Assembly: GCA_049320885.1 (NCBI GenBank)
Contig: JBMORA010000025.1
Coordinates: 32,001 to 96,000, forward strand
Origin: Thermodesulfobacteriota bacterium
GTDB taxonomy: Bacteria > Desulfobacterota > Desulfobacteria > Desulfobacterales > SURF-7
Length of the DNA stretch: 64,000 nt
Reading direction: 5' to 3'
This document shows positions 7,832-18,032 of this stretch, one piece after another. Each line of letters opens with the position of its first letter. Position 1 is the stretch's first letter. The notes beneath the pieces were generated by a model. It did not search any database. It worked only from the letters and a program-made list of their open reading frames with translations, and had not been told where the DNA came from. The position numbers were made by a program, and so were the translations under genes.

Positions 7832-10773
7832 ATTTTTTTTATTTTCTCTCCAAGCGCCCCGGCCGAAAACGGTTTCTGAATGAAATTCACACCGCTGTCC
7901 AGAACCCCCTGGCGGAGGATGACATTTTCCGTATAGCCGGACATATACAGGGCCCTGGTTTCGGGATGCAGGGCCGTGATCCGTTGAACCAGTTCCTTGC
8001 CTTTCATTTCCGGCATGACTACGTCGGACAGCACCAGGTGGATCGGCCCCCGGTGGTTTTCGGCCAGCTCCACGGCCATCGGTCCGCCGCCGGCTTCCAG
8101 CACATGGAAGCCGCCCTTTTTCAGCATGGTGGCGACCAGCCGGCGCACCGTCGGGTCGTCCTCCACCACCAGGATCGTGGCCCGGCCTTCCGGCGCCGCC
8201 GGGCTTGCCGCCGGTTTTTCTTCCACGACCGGCGTCTCCGCCACCTTCGGCAGATACACCTTGAACGTGGTGCCCTGCCCCGGCTCGCTATACACCCAGA
8301 TATTGCCGCCATGCTGCTTGACGATGCCGTACACCATGGAAAGACCGAGCCCGCTGCCTTCCCCCACGGCCTTGGTGGTAAAAAACGGTTCGAAGATGTT
8401 GGCCTGGGTCGCCGCATCCATCCCCAATCCGTCATCGCTCACCGCCAGCAGGGCATAAATCCCCGGCGTGACCCCCGGTTTCTGACGGCTGCAAGTCTCG
8501 TCCAGGATCACCTCCGCCGTCTCAATGGTCAGACAGCCGCCGTCGGGCATGGCATCCCGGGCATTGACCGCCAGGTTCATGATGACCTGCTCCAGCTGGG
8601 CCGCATCCGCCCGCACGGGGATCTCGGCGGAAGACAATTCCAGGTGGATGCGGATATCCTCGCCGATGGTCCGGGCCAGCAGTTTTTCGAAATTCCGGAT
8701 GATCCGGTTGAGGTCCACGGTCCTCATTTCCAGCATCTGCTTGCGGCCGAAGGCCAGGAGCTGGCGGGTCAGGGCTTTGGCGCGGTTGCCGGCGTCCACC
8801 ATTTCCTTCAGGCTCTCCCGGAAGGCATGCTCCGGCCCCATGGTTTCCAGGAGCATGTCGCCGTAGCCCAGAATGATCGACAACATGTTGTTGAAATCAT
8901 GGGCCACGCCCCCGGCCAGGCGCCCGATGGCCTCCATTTTCTGGGATTGCAGCAACTGGGCCTGGAGTTTTTCCTTCTCCGCCGCCGCCTGCTTGGCGGC
9001 GGTGATATCCTCGAAACTCACGGCAAAACGGCCCGGCTGGGGGCAGAAAGCCGACACCCGGTAATGGCGGTCCAGATCCGCGGCGTAATTCTCGAATTGT
9101 ATCGGCCGGCCGGTCAAGGCCACCTGCCCGTAGGTATCGATCCAGTGGGCTTCGGTATTCGGCATGACCTCGGTCACCGTGCGGCCGACAATGGTCCCGG
9201 CCGCCAGACCGGTCATGCGCTCAAAGGCCGGATTGACCTCCAGAAACCGGTAATCCACGGGCTTTCCCGCTTCATCGCAGATGATGTCGTGAACGGCGAA
9301 GCCTTCCAGCATGCTGAAAAACAGATCGCGGTAGCGCTGCTCGCTGCTGCGCAGGGCCTCCCGGGCTTCGCGCTCCGCGGATTGATCCCGGAACACCAGC
9401 ACCACGCCGGCGACGTCGCCCTCCTCCATGCGGATGGGCGCACCGCTGTCGGCAATGGGAATTTCCGTTCCGTCGCGGGCGATGAGCAGGGTATGATTGG
9501 CCAGGCCCACCACCTGCCCCTCCCGCAGGACCCTGGCCACGGGGCTTTCCACCGCCAGACGGGTTTCCTCGTTGATGATCCGGAACACCTCGTCCACGGG
9601 CCGGCCGGCGGCCTCCGCCATGCCCCAGCCGGTGAGGTTTTCAGCCGCCGGGTTCAGCATGGTGATGTTTCCGTCCGCGTCCGTTGCGAGAACGCCGTCG
9701 CCGACGCTCAGCAGGGTCATGCGGTGGCGGGTCTCGCTGACCGACAATTCCAGCCGGGCCATGGACAACTCCCGGAAATGGATCTTCCTGTCCCGCTGGA
9801 TCAGGGCGATCACCGCCGCCGCCATACCAGCCATCAGGGTTCCGATCAAGGCCGCTATCAGAACGGATAATGAATGCCAGGCCGCGAAGACCTCCCGAAC
9901 ATCCATCTTGGCCACCATATACCAAGGAGAATCCGGCACGCGGCCCAGGACCGACAGCACCTCGATTCCCCGATAATCCCGCCCTTCCACGACACCCGTG
10001 CGTCCCAGCACCGCCATCACCGCCGGCACGTCCGTGCGGCTCAGCGGCAGACGCAGGGCCAGGGCCGTTCGCTCCCGGAACCGCAGGTCGTTGAGAAACA
10101 GGACCTGCTCGCCGTCCCGGCGCACCAGCAGGGTTTCGGCGCTGGAACTGGGAATGGGCCAGGACCGGATCAGGGGGAACAGCGCCCTGCCGGGGTCCAC
10201 CTGCAGAACGACAGCCCCCAGCGGCACCGGCGATCCGCCGGTTTGGCGGTAAAAAGGCACCACCACATCCATATGAATGATTCCATCCAAAGGCCGGTGG
10301 TGGAGGTCGCTGAGCACGGGCCGCCGTGTCCGCAGGGCCGCCTTCAATGCCCGGAATGCCTCTTCGTGAAGCCTCCCGGATGTCTGATCAAGCCCAAACC
10401 GAATCCTTCCCTCGGGTTCCACCACCAGGACATCGGCATATTGCTCGTGCTCGCGCAGGAAATGCAGATACTGCAACACGACCTCCATGGCTTCCATGCG
10501 GGGATGTTCCAGGCAATCGGCCAGGTCGCGTGAAAAAGAGGCATTGGCCATGAGCAGGGCGGCATCCTCCTTCATCTCATCCCGCCAGTTGACGATCTGG
10601 TCTGTCTTCAGCCGGCCGATGGCCTGCAATTCCTCAAGCGCCGCGCCCCGCATCGCCAGTCCCTGGGAGCGGTAGAACCAGGTTCCCCCGGCCAGCGCCA
10701 GGAGCATGAGAAATCCGATGCCCGGCAGCACCCATGTAGCCGATGGTTTGTTTTTCATGATGACGAATTCCAT
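7819..10773 (-). CDS. Membrane hybrid histidine kinase: Cache-like periplasmic domain, 2 PAS, receiver
   Basis: Two TM helices flanking a domain with GRDYRGIEVL, PAS domains, AHDFNN, GSGLGL and a receiver. Ends KIKKIITN*. Alternative start at 10758. Confidence 0.92.
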   Translation of the reverse strand: MEFVIMKNKPSATWVLPGIGFLMLLALAGGTWFYRSQGLAMRGAALEELQAIGRLKTDQIVNWRDEMKEDAALLMANASFSRDLADCLEHPRMEAMEVVLQYLHFLREHEQYADVLVVEPEGRIRFGLDQTSGRLHEEAFRALKAALRTRRPVLSDLHHRPLDGIIHMDVVVPFYRQTGGSPVPLGAVVLQVDPGRALFPLIRSWPIPSSSAETLLVRRDGEQVLFLNDLRFRERTALALRLPLSRTDVPAVMAVLGRTGVVEGRDYRGIEVLSVLGRVPDSPWYMVAKMDVREVFAAWHSLSVLIAALIGTLMAGMAAAVIALIQRDRKIHFRELSMARLELSVSETRHRMTLLSVGDGVLATDADGNITMLNPAAENLTGWGMAEAAGRPVDEVFRIINEETRLAVESPVARVLREGQVVGLANHTLLIARDGTEIPIADSGAPIRMEEGDVAGVVLVFRDQSAEREAREALRSSEQRYRDLFFSMLEGFAVHDIICDEAGKPVDYRFLEVNPAFERMTGLAAGTIVGRTVTEVMPNTEAHWIDTYGQVALTGRPIQFENYAADLDRHYRVSAFCPQPGRFAVSFEDITAAKQAAAEKEKLQAQLLQSQKMEAIGRLAGGVAHDFNNMLSIILGYGDMLLETMGPEHAFRESLKEMVDAGNRAKALTRQLLAFGRKQMLEMRTVDLNRIIRNFEKLLARTIGEDIRIHLELSSAEIPVRADAAQLEQVIMNLAVNARDAMPDGGCLTIETAEVILDETCSRQKPGVTPGIYALLAVSDDGLGMDAATQANIFEPFFTTKAVGEGSGLGLSMVYGIVKQHGGNIWVYSEPGQGTTFKVYLPKVAETPVVEEKPAASPAAPEGRATILVVEDDPTVRRLVATMLKKGGFHVLEAGGGPMAVELAENHRGPIHLVLSDVVMPEMKGKELVQRITALHPETRALYMSGYTENVILRQGVLDSGVNFIQKPFSAGALGEKIKKIITN

Positions 10774-10810
10774 TCCGTGGTTTCAGATACAGCTTCTCCG
10801 GCCTTCGCCG

Positions 10811-12217
10811 TCAGTTGCCCGGCAGGGAGATCCCGTGCAGCTTGAGCAGTTCGTAATACCGCGAGCGCGACAGGCCCGCAATCCGGCAGGCCTTGGGGAC
10901 ATCGCCGCCGACAGTGGCGGACAGTTCCCGGAGATATTCCTGTTCGGCCTTCAGGGCCGCCTGCTTCCGGATCTGTTTCAGGGACATGGTTGTTCCCGGC
11001 AGAACCCGGCCCGTTCCGGCTGAACGACGCGCTTCCGGCAGCGCCGACTGGGCCGCCAGAATCCGTATCGGCTCGGGCAGATGCCGGGCGAACAGCAGGG
11101 GCTCCGACACCGCCGTGGCCACGGCGACATCCAGAACCGTCACCAGTTCCCGCACGTTGCCGGGCCAGGAATAGGCTTCCAGAGCCTCGAAAAAATCGCT
11201 GGAGCAGGATTTCATTTCAATCCCGCGGCGCTCGCACAGGCGGTGGACGTGATGAACCGTCAGCGGGCGGATATCTTCCGGACGCCGGGCCAGTTTCGGC
11301 AGCTCGATGGTCAGCCCACGGATCCGGTACAAGAGATCCTTGCGGAATTCCCCTGCGGCCACCAGCTGGTTCAGATCCATGTTGGTGGCCGCCACCAGCC
11401 GAAAATCACTGCTGCGCACCTGCCGGCCGCCCACCGGGCGGTATTTCCGTTCCTGGAGCACCCGCAGCAAGGATTTCTGGTTGACCGGGGCCAGTTCGCC
11501 GATTTCATCCAGAAACAGGGTGCCCCGGTGGGCCTCGGTGATCAGCCCGTCGCAATCCTGCTCGGCGCCGGTGAAGGCCCCTTTGACATAGCCGAAGAGA
11601 ATGCTTTCCATCAACGTGTCCGGCAGGCAGGCACAATCCACCACCACAAAATTCCGCTCGGCGGCCGCGCTGTTCAGATGAATGGCGCGGGCGAACAGAT
11701 CCTTGCCCGTTCCGGTTTCGCCGGTGATCAGCACGTTCAGATCGCTGCCGGCGGCCCTGGCCAGCAGATCCAGGGACTCCCGGAATCGCACGCTTTCCCC
11801 CACGACGCCCTCCAGTTTAAGGGCCACCGGATGTCGGCGATTCAGGGCAGCTTTTTCCCGGTATTGAATCACCCGCTTGATGGTGAGCAGGGCGTTTTCA
11901 CTGGAATCCGTTTTTTGAATGTAATCCCAGGCCCCGTTGCGGATGGCCAGTTCAGCCCCCCGGGCGTCACCGAAACCGGTCATGATGATCACCTCCGGCG
12001 CGTCGGGAGTCCGCCGGATTTCCGGCAGCATTTCCAGGCCGTCGCCGTCCGGCAGATTGACATCCAGCAGCACCACGTCGTACGGATTGGAGCGGAGTTC
12101 CAGCAGGCCTTCCGCCGCATGATGCCGGCTGGCGGCATGATGACCCATGCGGGTCACCAATTCCGTCAACATCCGACATACATGTTCGTCGTCGTCGATG
12201 ATCAGCACATTCGCCAT
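10811..12217 (-). CDS. Sigma-54-dependent response regulator (NtrC family)
   Basis: Receiver (IIDDD), Walker A GETGTGKD, GAFTGA loop, LFLDEIG, WPGNVREL, C-terminal Fis-type HTH. Confidence 0.95.
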   Translation of the reverse strand: MANVLIIDDDEHVCRMLTELVTRMGHHAASRHHAAEGLLELRSNPYDVVLLDVNLPDGDGLEMLPEIRRTPDAPEVIIMTGFGDARGAELAIRNGAWDYIQKTDSSENALLTIKRVIQYREKAALNRRHPVALKLEGVVGESVRFRESLDLLARAAGSDLNVLITGETGTGKDLFARAIHLNSAAAERNFVVVDCACLPDTLMESILFGYVKGAFTGAEQDCDGLITEAHRGTLFLDEIGELAPVNQKSLLRVLQERKYRPVGGRQVRSSDFRLVAATNMDLNQLVAAGEFRKDLLYRIRGLTIELPKLARRPEDIRPLTVHHVHRLCERRGIEMKSCSSDFFEALEAYSWPGNVRELVTVLDVAVATAVSEPLLFARHLPEPIRILAAQSALPEARRSAGTGRVLPGTTMSLKQIRKQAALKAEQEYLRELSATVGGDVPKACRIAGLSRSRYYELLKLHGISLPGN

Positions 12218-12570
12218 GGAAAAGGGTTCCTGGAAAGTTATCTGTTGGAGTTTGTCCGGGTTCCAGCCGCTTGCTGACGATTGGCTTGGATGACAAGGGT
12301 TGAATCGCCAATGTTGGAGCCATATTGCCCTATTTTTACGGAAAACGAAAGCCCGACTTTTAAAGCGCTTGCTTTTTTCAATTGATTTGATACACTTCCC
12401 AGAATTGGTGGAGTGGAATCGTATTTCTTTTTTCCAATTCCATCACCCATACGGAAAGCTTTTCAAAACGGCTCACCGGTTCATTGGCGCCTCCAACTCC
12501 ATATCATCAGGCTCGGGTCCATCCCTGGAAGGAATCAGGCGCCCCGGTATTGTTTCATAAGGAAAAGCGC

Positions 12571-14394
12571 ATGCCCATCCATCATCCCCCGCTTTCCCGT
12601 GACGAGTTTCCTTCGCCGGCCGTAGCCCCTTCGACGGAAAAGGCATTTATCATCGAGGTGCTGCGATCCATCAACCGGGCCACGGATTTATCCATGATCG
12701 CAGACATCGTCACCACCCAAATCCGCATCTGGCTGGGTATGGCGGCCGCGGGAATCCGTCTGAAACAGGGCCTGGATTATCCCTATTTCGCAACGGTCGG
12801 TTTTTCTCCGGATTTTATCGAAACGGAGAGCCATTTATGCGCCCAGGATGGCGACGGGCGATCGATCATGGACACGACCGGTATGCGAATGCTGGAATGC
12901 ATGTGCGGCGCGGTTCTTTCCGGCCGCATCGGTTCCGACCCGTCTTGTTTTACGGCATACGGCAGCTTCTGGACCAATAGCACAACCGACCTTCTTGCGG
13001 CGACGAAAGGGAACTCCGGCGTATTCCACCCCAGAAACCGCTGCAACACCGAGGGCTTCGAATCCATCGCCCTGATCCCGCTGAAAACCGCCGGGGAAAC
13101 CGTGGGTCTGTTGCAGTTCAACGACCACCAAAAAAATCGATTGTCCCGCGAAACGATTCATCTGCTGGAGCCCATCGCCGGCAACATCGCCGCTTCCATC
13201 GCCCACCGGCTGGCCATCGAAACCATCAAGGAGAATGAGCAGAAGCTGCGACAAACCCAGAAAATGGAAGCCATCGGGGCCCTGGCCGGCGGCATCGCCC
13301 ATGATTTCAACAATATCCTGTTCCCATTGATCGGTTTTGCGGAAATGCTCCAGAGCGATCTGCCGGAAAACGGCAAGCACCGGGAATTCACCGACGAGAT
13401 CCTGAAAGCCGCCTTGCGCGCCAAGGAACTCGTCAAGCAAATCCTGGCCTTCAGCCGGGAGGCGGAAAAGGAAATCAAGCCGTTACAGATTCAACTGATT
13501 CTGAAGGAGGTGCTCAAACTCATCCGCTCCACCCTTCCCGCCACCATCCGGGTGAAGCAGAATATCGACAACCGCTGCGGCATGGTGCTGGCCGACCCCA
13601 CCCATATTCACCAGATCGCCATGAACCTGATCACCAACGCGTATCATGCCATGGAGGATACCGGCGGCACCCTGACCATCGGCCTGAAGGAAACGGTCTG
13701 CGACCATCGCGGCCGTCCCAGCTCCAATCTTGCTCCGGGCGAATATGTCGTTCTCAGTGTGGCGGACACCGGCTGCGGCATGAACAAAACCACCTTGGAA
13801 AAAATATTCGACCCCTATTTCACCACCAAACCCAAGGAAAAAGGCACCGGCCTGGGGCTTGCCGTCATCCACGGCATCGTGAAAAGCTATTACGGCGATA
13901 TCCTGGTGCGCAGCGAACCCGGGCAGGGATCGGCATTCGAGATCTATCTGCCCCGGGGAACCGGCCTGAACGAGCCGGACACATCGTTCCCCGGTCTTGA
14001 AACGGCTAAAGGCTCGGAGCAAATCCTGCTGGTGGACGACGAGGAACCGATCCTGAAAATGGAAAAACAGATGCTGGAAATGCTCGGCTACCGCGTGGAA
14101 ACCCGGACCAGTGCCCGGGAGGCGCTGGCGGCCTTCTCCGACCGTCCCGAGGTCTATGACCTGGTCATCACCGACATGACCATGCCGGATATGACCGGAG
14201 CGGATCTCTCCCGCCGGCTCCTGAAAATCCGGCCGGATCTGCCCATCATTGTCTGCACCGGGTTCAGCGAAAAAATTACGCCGGAGATCGCCTTTCATAT
14301 CGGCATCAAGGGGTTTCTGACCAAACCGGCCGTCAAATCGGAGCTAGGGGCCATTCTCCGCAAGGTTCTGGATGAGCGCCGCGGCAATGATTGA
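12571..14394 (+). CDS. GAF-domain hybrid histidine kinase
   Basis: Cys-containing GAF-like N-terminus (ESIALIPL..GLLQFND), AHDFNN, GTGLGL, receiver. ATG 12571 follows aaggaaaa. Confidence 0.9.
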   Translation: MPIHHPPLSRDEFPSPAVAPSTEKAFIIEVLRSINRATDLSMIADIVTTQIRIWLGMAAAGIRLKQGLDYPYFATVGFSPDFIETESHLCAQDGDGRSIMDTTGMRMLECMCGAVLSGRIGSDPSCFTAYGSFWTNSTTDLLAATKGNSGVFHPRNRCNTEGFESIALIPLKTAGETVGLLQFNDHQKNRLSRETIHLLEPIAGNIAASIAHRLAIETIKENEQKLRQTQKMEAIGALAGGIAHDFNNILFPLIGFAEMLQSDLPENGKHREFTDEILKAALRAKELVKQILAFSREAEKEIKPLQIQLILKEVLKLIRSTLPATIRVKQNIDNRCGMVLADPTHIHQIAMNLITNAYHAMEDTGGTLTIGLKETVCDHRGRPSSNLAPGEYVVLSVADTGCGMNKTTLEKIFDPYFTTKPKEKGTGLGLAVIHGIVKSYYGDILVRSEPGQGSAFEIYLPRGTGLNEPDTSFPGLETAKGSEQILLVDDEEPILKMEKQMLEMLGYRVETRTSAREALAAFSDRPEVYDLVITDMTMPDMTGADLSRRLLKIRPDLPIIVCTGFSEKITPEIAFHIGIKGFLTKPAVKSELGAILRKVLDERRGND

Positions 14395-14441
14395 TTCCGC
14401 CGGGCCCCTCTGACAACGCGGCGGCCCGCCGGCTGGACGCA

Positions 14442-15146
14442 TCAGGAACCGGCATAGCGGACGGGATCCGTGATCCCCGCCTCCCGGAATCCTTTTTTGC
14501 GCAGCCGGCAACTGTCGCAGCGTCCGCAGGCAACCCCATCCGGCGACGGATCATAACAGCTGTGTGTCATGGAATAATCCACCCCCAACGAGACGCCCTT
14601 TTGAATGATTTCCGCCTTGGTCAGGTGGATCAGGGGGGTATGGATATGAATGGCGACTTTCTGTTCCACGCCGATCCGGGTCGCCAGATTGGCCATGCGT
14701 TCGAACGCCGCGATGTATTCAGGACGGCAATCCGGGTAGCCGCTGTAGTCCAGGGCGTTGACGCCGATAAAAATGTCCGCGGCCGGAATCACTTCGGCCC
14801 AGGCCAGGGCATGGGCGAGAAAAATGGTGTTGCGCGCGGGAACATAGGTGACGGGAATCCGGTCGGCCATACCGCTCGTATCCCGTTCCTTGGGCACTTC
14901 AATATCGTCCGTCAGGGCGGATCCGCCGATCTTGCGCAGATCGGCATGGACCACCAGATGCTGGGCGGCGCCGAATATCCTGGCCGCTTTTTCCGCGGCC
15001 GCCAGTTCCTGGTGATGCCGCTGACCATAAAAAAAACTCAGGCTGTAAATCTCAAATCCCGCCTGTCTGGCGATGGCCATCACGGTGGTGGAATCGAGGC
15101 CGCCGCTGGAAAGCACCACGGCCTTCTTGGTTCGCGAGTTCTTCAT
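14442..15146 (-). CDS. queC: 7-cyano-7-deazaguanine synthase
   Basis: SGGLDS PP-loop, TYVPARN, YPDCR, Zn motif SCY...CGRCDSC. Confidence 0.96.
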   Translation of the reverse strand: MKNSRTKKAVVLSSGGLDSTTVMAIARQAGFEIYSLSFFYGQRHHQELAAAEKAARIFGAAQHLVVHADLRKIGGSALTDDIEVPKERDTSGMADRIPVTYVPARNTIFLAHALAWAEVIPAADIFIGVNALDYSGYPDCRPEYIAAFERMANLATRIGVEQKVAIHIHTPLIHLTKAEIIQKGVSLGVDYSMTHSCYDPSPDGVACGRCDSCRLRKKGFREAGITDPVRYAGS

Positions 15147-15787
15147 ACGCCCCTTTCGACGTCCGGCCACAGAATTCGATGCAACTGGACCTGGAAGCGG
15201 ACGTCCAGCCGGTCTTCCAGAATCCATTCCGCCAGTTGCGCCGGTTTCATTCCAGGGGCCGCCGGTGAAAACAGGAGCCGGCGGCCCGCAATCCCCGCAA
15301 TCCCCGGAGAGCCGACAAGGGATTTGGCATATTCATAATCCGCCCGGTCCGTGAGCACGAATTTAAGCTGATCCCTCTCCCCCAATCGCCCCAGGTTGTC
15401 CATGTCCATCCGGTCCGCCATTCCGCTGCCGGGACATTTGACATCCAGGATTTTCACGCAGCGCGCATCCACCGCGCCGATATCGTAACTGCCGTTGGTT
15501 TCCAGCAACACCTCAAACCCCTGATCCAGCAAATTGCGGATCAGCAGCGGCGTTTCCGCTTGCAGCAGCGGCTCGCCGCCGGTCACTGCCACCAGCCGGC
15601 AGCCATACCGCGTAACGCGCTCCAGGATATCGGTCAGCGCCATCACCTCGCCGCCGTCCCAGGCATACCGCGTATCGCAATAGCCGCACCGCAGGTTGCA
15701 GCCGCTCAGCCGCACGAACACGCACGGCCGGCCCGCATCCAGCGACTCCCCCTGAATGCTATGGAATATCTCACAAACGGTTATCAC
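15143..15787 (-). CDS. queE: 7-carboxy-7-deazaguanine synthase (radical SAM)
   Basis: [35 protein letters not shown] start at 15787 with RBS gaaggaagg. Overlaps the queC start. Confidence 0.93.
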   Translation of the reverse strand: MITVCEIFHSIQGESLDAGRPCVFVRLSGCNLRCGYCDTRYAWDGGEVMALTDILERVTRYGCRLVAVTGGEPLLQAETPLLIRNLLDQGFEVLLETNGSYDIGAVDARCVKILDVKCPGSGMADRMDMDNLGRLGERDQLKFVLTDRADYEYAKSLVGSPGIAGIAGRRLLFSPAAPGMKPAQLAEWILEDRLDVRFQVQLHRILWPDVERGV

Positions 15788-15826
15788 ATTCCCTTCCTTC
15801 GCCGGCCGGCGGACCGGCAACAATTG

Positions 15827-15869
15827 CCCCATCCTTCATTCGTAATTCATAATTCGTAATTCGTAATTA
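15827..15869 (-). repeat. Orphan copy of the heptamer arm
   Basis: Reverse complement of 15827-15860 is attacgaattatgaattacgaatgaaggatgggg, 33/34 identical to 7331-7364, with one more heptamer toward 15869. Confidence 0.9.
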
Positions 15870-16049
15870 TTTTTTCTTCCCCTCAAACAACTGGCAGGCC
15901 ATCCCCGAGCTGTTCAGCACCGAAATCGACGGAAGGGTTTTGGACTTGAAATTCATCGCCCGGCACCCATACGGAAAACGGGGGTCCCAGGTAATGTAGT
16001 AGTGTTTACACTTTCGGCAATCTATAGTAATGTTCTTACTGGAATCCAC
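15867..16049 (-). CDS. Small Cys-rich conserved hypothetical protein (about 60 aa)
   Basis: CRKCKHYYITWDPRFPYGCRAMNFKS..PS..V..SSG..C..F. GTG start at 16049 is inferred; the track extends it to 16229, which would overlap cyaA. Confidence 0.75.
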   Translation of the reverse strand: MDSSKNITIDCRKCKHYYITWDPRFPYGCRAMNFKSKTLPSISVLNSSGMACQLFEGKKK

Positions 16050-16125
16050 CGGCGACAAGAGCAGCCTCCCCGCAGAATGGTACCAGTATACCCGGCTGCG
16101 TGATATTTTCAAGCAGGAAAAACGC

Positions 16126-18003
16126 ATGATCCGATCCTTCCTCACGCGCAATAAAAAAGCCTTCAACGAGTATCTGGCCTTCCGGAAACAACTGTTTACC
16201 GAATTGGCCCCCAAGGACAGCGAGGACATTCTCTATCTCCTGCCCTGGCTGCTGAGCATCAACCACAAGGCCTGTCCCGGTTATGTCGCGGCCCTGGAAA
16301 AACCGTTCCGGATATTCGGAATCGACAACGACAGGCTGATCCGCTCCCGGGAGGAAAATTTCAAACAGCGTTTCGGGGTGCCGCGCAAAGGCTCCCTGCT
16401 GGCCGGCGGAGCCGGTTGTCCGCCCATAGAAGGCGTTTATACCATCGGCAGCGTCGGCACCGTCAGCCAGACCAGCGCCTCGGACTGCGACATCTGGGTC
16501 TGCTGCGACAAGACCCGCTATTCCGCAACCGACTGGCGCCGCCTGAATCAGAAGATCAATCTCATCAAGGACTGGATGGATCAAAACCTCCGGCTGCCGG
16601 TTTATTTTTTTCTGACGGATATCGAGGATATCCGCCACGGCCGCTTCGGCCGGGTGGACATGGAAAGCGCCGGCAGCACCCAGAAAAACGTTCTGAAAGA
16701 GGAATTCTATCGCACCTGCATCGTCATCTGCGGCAAACTCCCCTTGTGGTGGCTGACCTGGGATGGCGCAAGGCCGGTGGATTACCGGGCTGCGGCAACC
16801 TTGGTTGCGGACCGCCTCCAAGGGCATTATGATATCATCGATTTCGGCGACCTGGATGCCATCGGCAAGGCCGAATATCTAGGCGCCGCGCTCTGGCATC
16901 TCCACAAATCCCTGAACAATCCCATTAAAAGCATTATCAAGATGTTTCTCCTGAAAATTCTGCTAGATGCGCCCGAAGGCGTGCTCATTTGCCACCAATT
17001 CCGCAGCCAGGTGCTGGGCCGGGAAACAGGCCGCCATTTACTGGATCCCAGCATCTTCGCCATGGGCGTCATCTTCAATCAGTACGCATTAGCCGGCGAA
17101 ACGGAGACCCTGGCGTTCTTGAAACAATGCTTTTATCTGCGCTGCCGGATAAAGCCCTATGACCGGCGGCATGTTTTGAAGAAAGAGCTCATCGGCGCCC
17201 TGTTCAGCCAGTTTCCCCTGGATCTCGCCACCCGAATCCGGCTGGGAGGATATGACGGCTGGCCGTTCAATGAACAGATCAAACTCGGCAGCCGGCTGTT
17301 CGGCCTGATCATGAAAACCTACCGCGAAATCATGGACGCCCATGCGGGCATCGCCGGCGATATCGATCAGAAGGATCTGAAAATCCTGGGCCGCAAAATA
17401 TCCGCTTCCTTTCAAAAAAAGGAGCATAAAGTTCCCGTATTGCCCAAGCCCACCGGGACCCTGAATCTTTCCGGATTGACCTTGCGGCTGACCGGCGGTG
17501 CATGGGCCGTATTTTCGGAAAACGACCCGTCCGTCCCCATCGTCGTCAGCGACGACATCGTCTACAATATCGCTTTCATCGTCTGGAATCATCTGTTTAT
17601 ACCCCACCGTCTGTTCATGGAACCGAACCCTTCCCAGGTGACCCTCCAGGAAATCATCAACCTGGGCCGGAAAATGACCGATTTCATCGGCCGGTCCATG
17701 ATTTCGGAAAACGAATTTTCCCATTATCTCAATAAGGAACTCCTCACCAAACTGATGGTGGTGGTGAGTTTCGAGCAATCCCCCTGGGAAAAAAACATCA
17801 ATGATTTCCGGGTGGTTTACAAAAACAACTGGGGGGAGCTGTTCGTGCGCCGCTTTTCTTCCCATCACAAGCTGAATGCCTTTCTATCCTCCTGGGGGGA
17901 ACGGCATTCCATCGACACCACCTATTACCTGCAGCGCAACAGCTCCTATTATGAAAAGATCATCGAACGCACCAAAAACATCCTGTTCCCAGCCCTGCTG
18001 TGA
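16126..18003 (+). CDS. cyaA: Class I adenylate cyclase
   Basis: GVYTIGSVGTVSQTSASDCDIWV nucleotidyltransferase motif, KEEFYRT, GKLPLWW, YLGAALWHLHKS..P.KS. ATG 16126 follows aggaaaa. Confidence 0.85.
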   Translation: MIRSFLTRNKKAFNEYLAFRKQLFTELAPKDSEDILYLLPWLLSINHKACPGYVAALEKPFRIFGIDNDRLIRSREENFKQRFGVPRKGSLLAGGAGCPPIEGVYTIGSVGTVSQTSASDCDIWVCCDKTRYSATDWRRLNQKINLIKDWMDQNLRLPVYFFLTDIEDIRHGRFGRVDMESAGSTQKNVLKEEFYRTCIVICGKLPLWWLTWDGARPVDYRAAATLVADRLQGHYDIIDFGDLDAIGKAEYLGAALWHLHKSLNNPIKSIIKMFLLKILLDAPEGVLICHQFRSQVLGRETGRHLLDPSIFAMGVIFNQYALAGETETLAFLKQCFYLRCRIKPYDRRHVLKKELIGALFSQFPLDLATRIRLGGYDGWPFNEQIKLGSRLFGLIMKTYREIMDAHAGIAGDIDQKDLKILGRKISASFQKKEHKVPVLPKPTGTLNLSGLTLRLTGGAWAVFSENDPSVPIVVSDDIVYNIAFIVWNHLFIPHRLFMEPNPSQVTLQEIINLGRKMTDFIGRSMISENEFSHYLNKELLTKLMVVVSFEQSPWEKNINDFRVVYKNNWGELFVRRFSSHHKLNAFLSSWGERHSIDTTYYLQRNSSYYEKIIERTKNILFPALL

Positions 18004-18032
18004 CGGATCTGAAACCCAAAGGAGGAAAGAAC

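Noticed and set aside
12313..12328. Sigma-54 promoter (tggagccatattgc)
   Set aside because: GG-to-GC spacing is 9 nt rather than the required 10.
14442..15787. queC/queE as a deazaguanine DNA-modification or QatABCD-type defence system
   Set aside because: Both genes look canonical and no dpdA, TatD or ATPase partner is nearby; ordinary queuosine synthesis is the simpler reading.
15788..15866. preQ1 riboswitch upstream of queE-queC
   Set aside because: No preQ1 stem-loop with A-rich tail is recognisable; the space is mostly the heptamer repeat.
7331..15869. CRISPR array from the heptamer repeats
   Set aside because: Units are 7 bp and contiguous, with no spacers and no cas genes.
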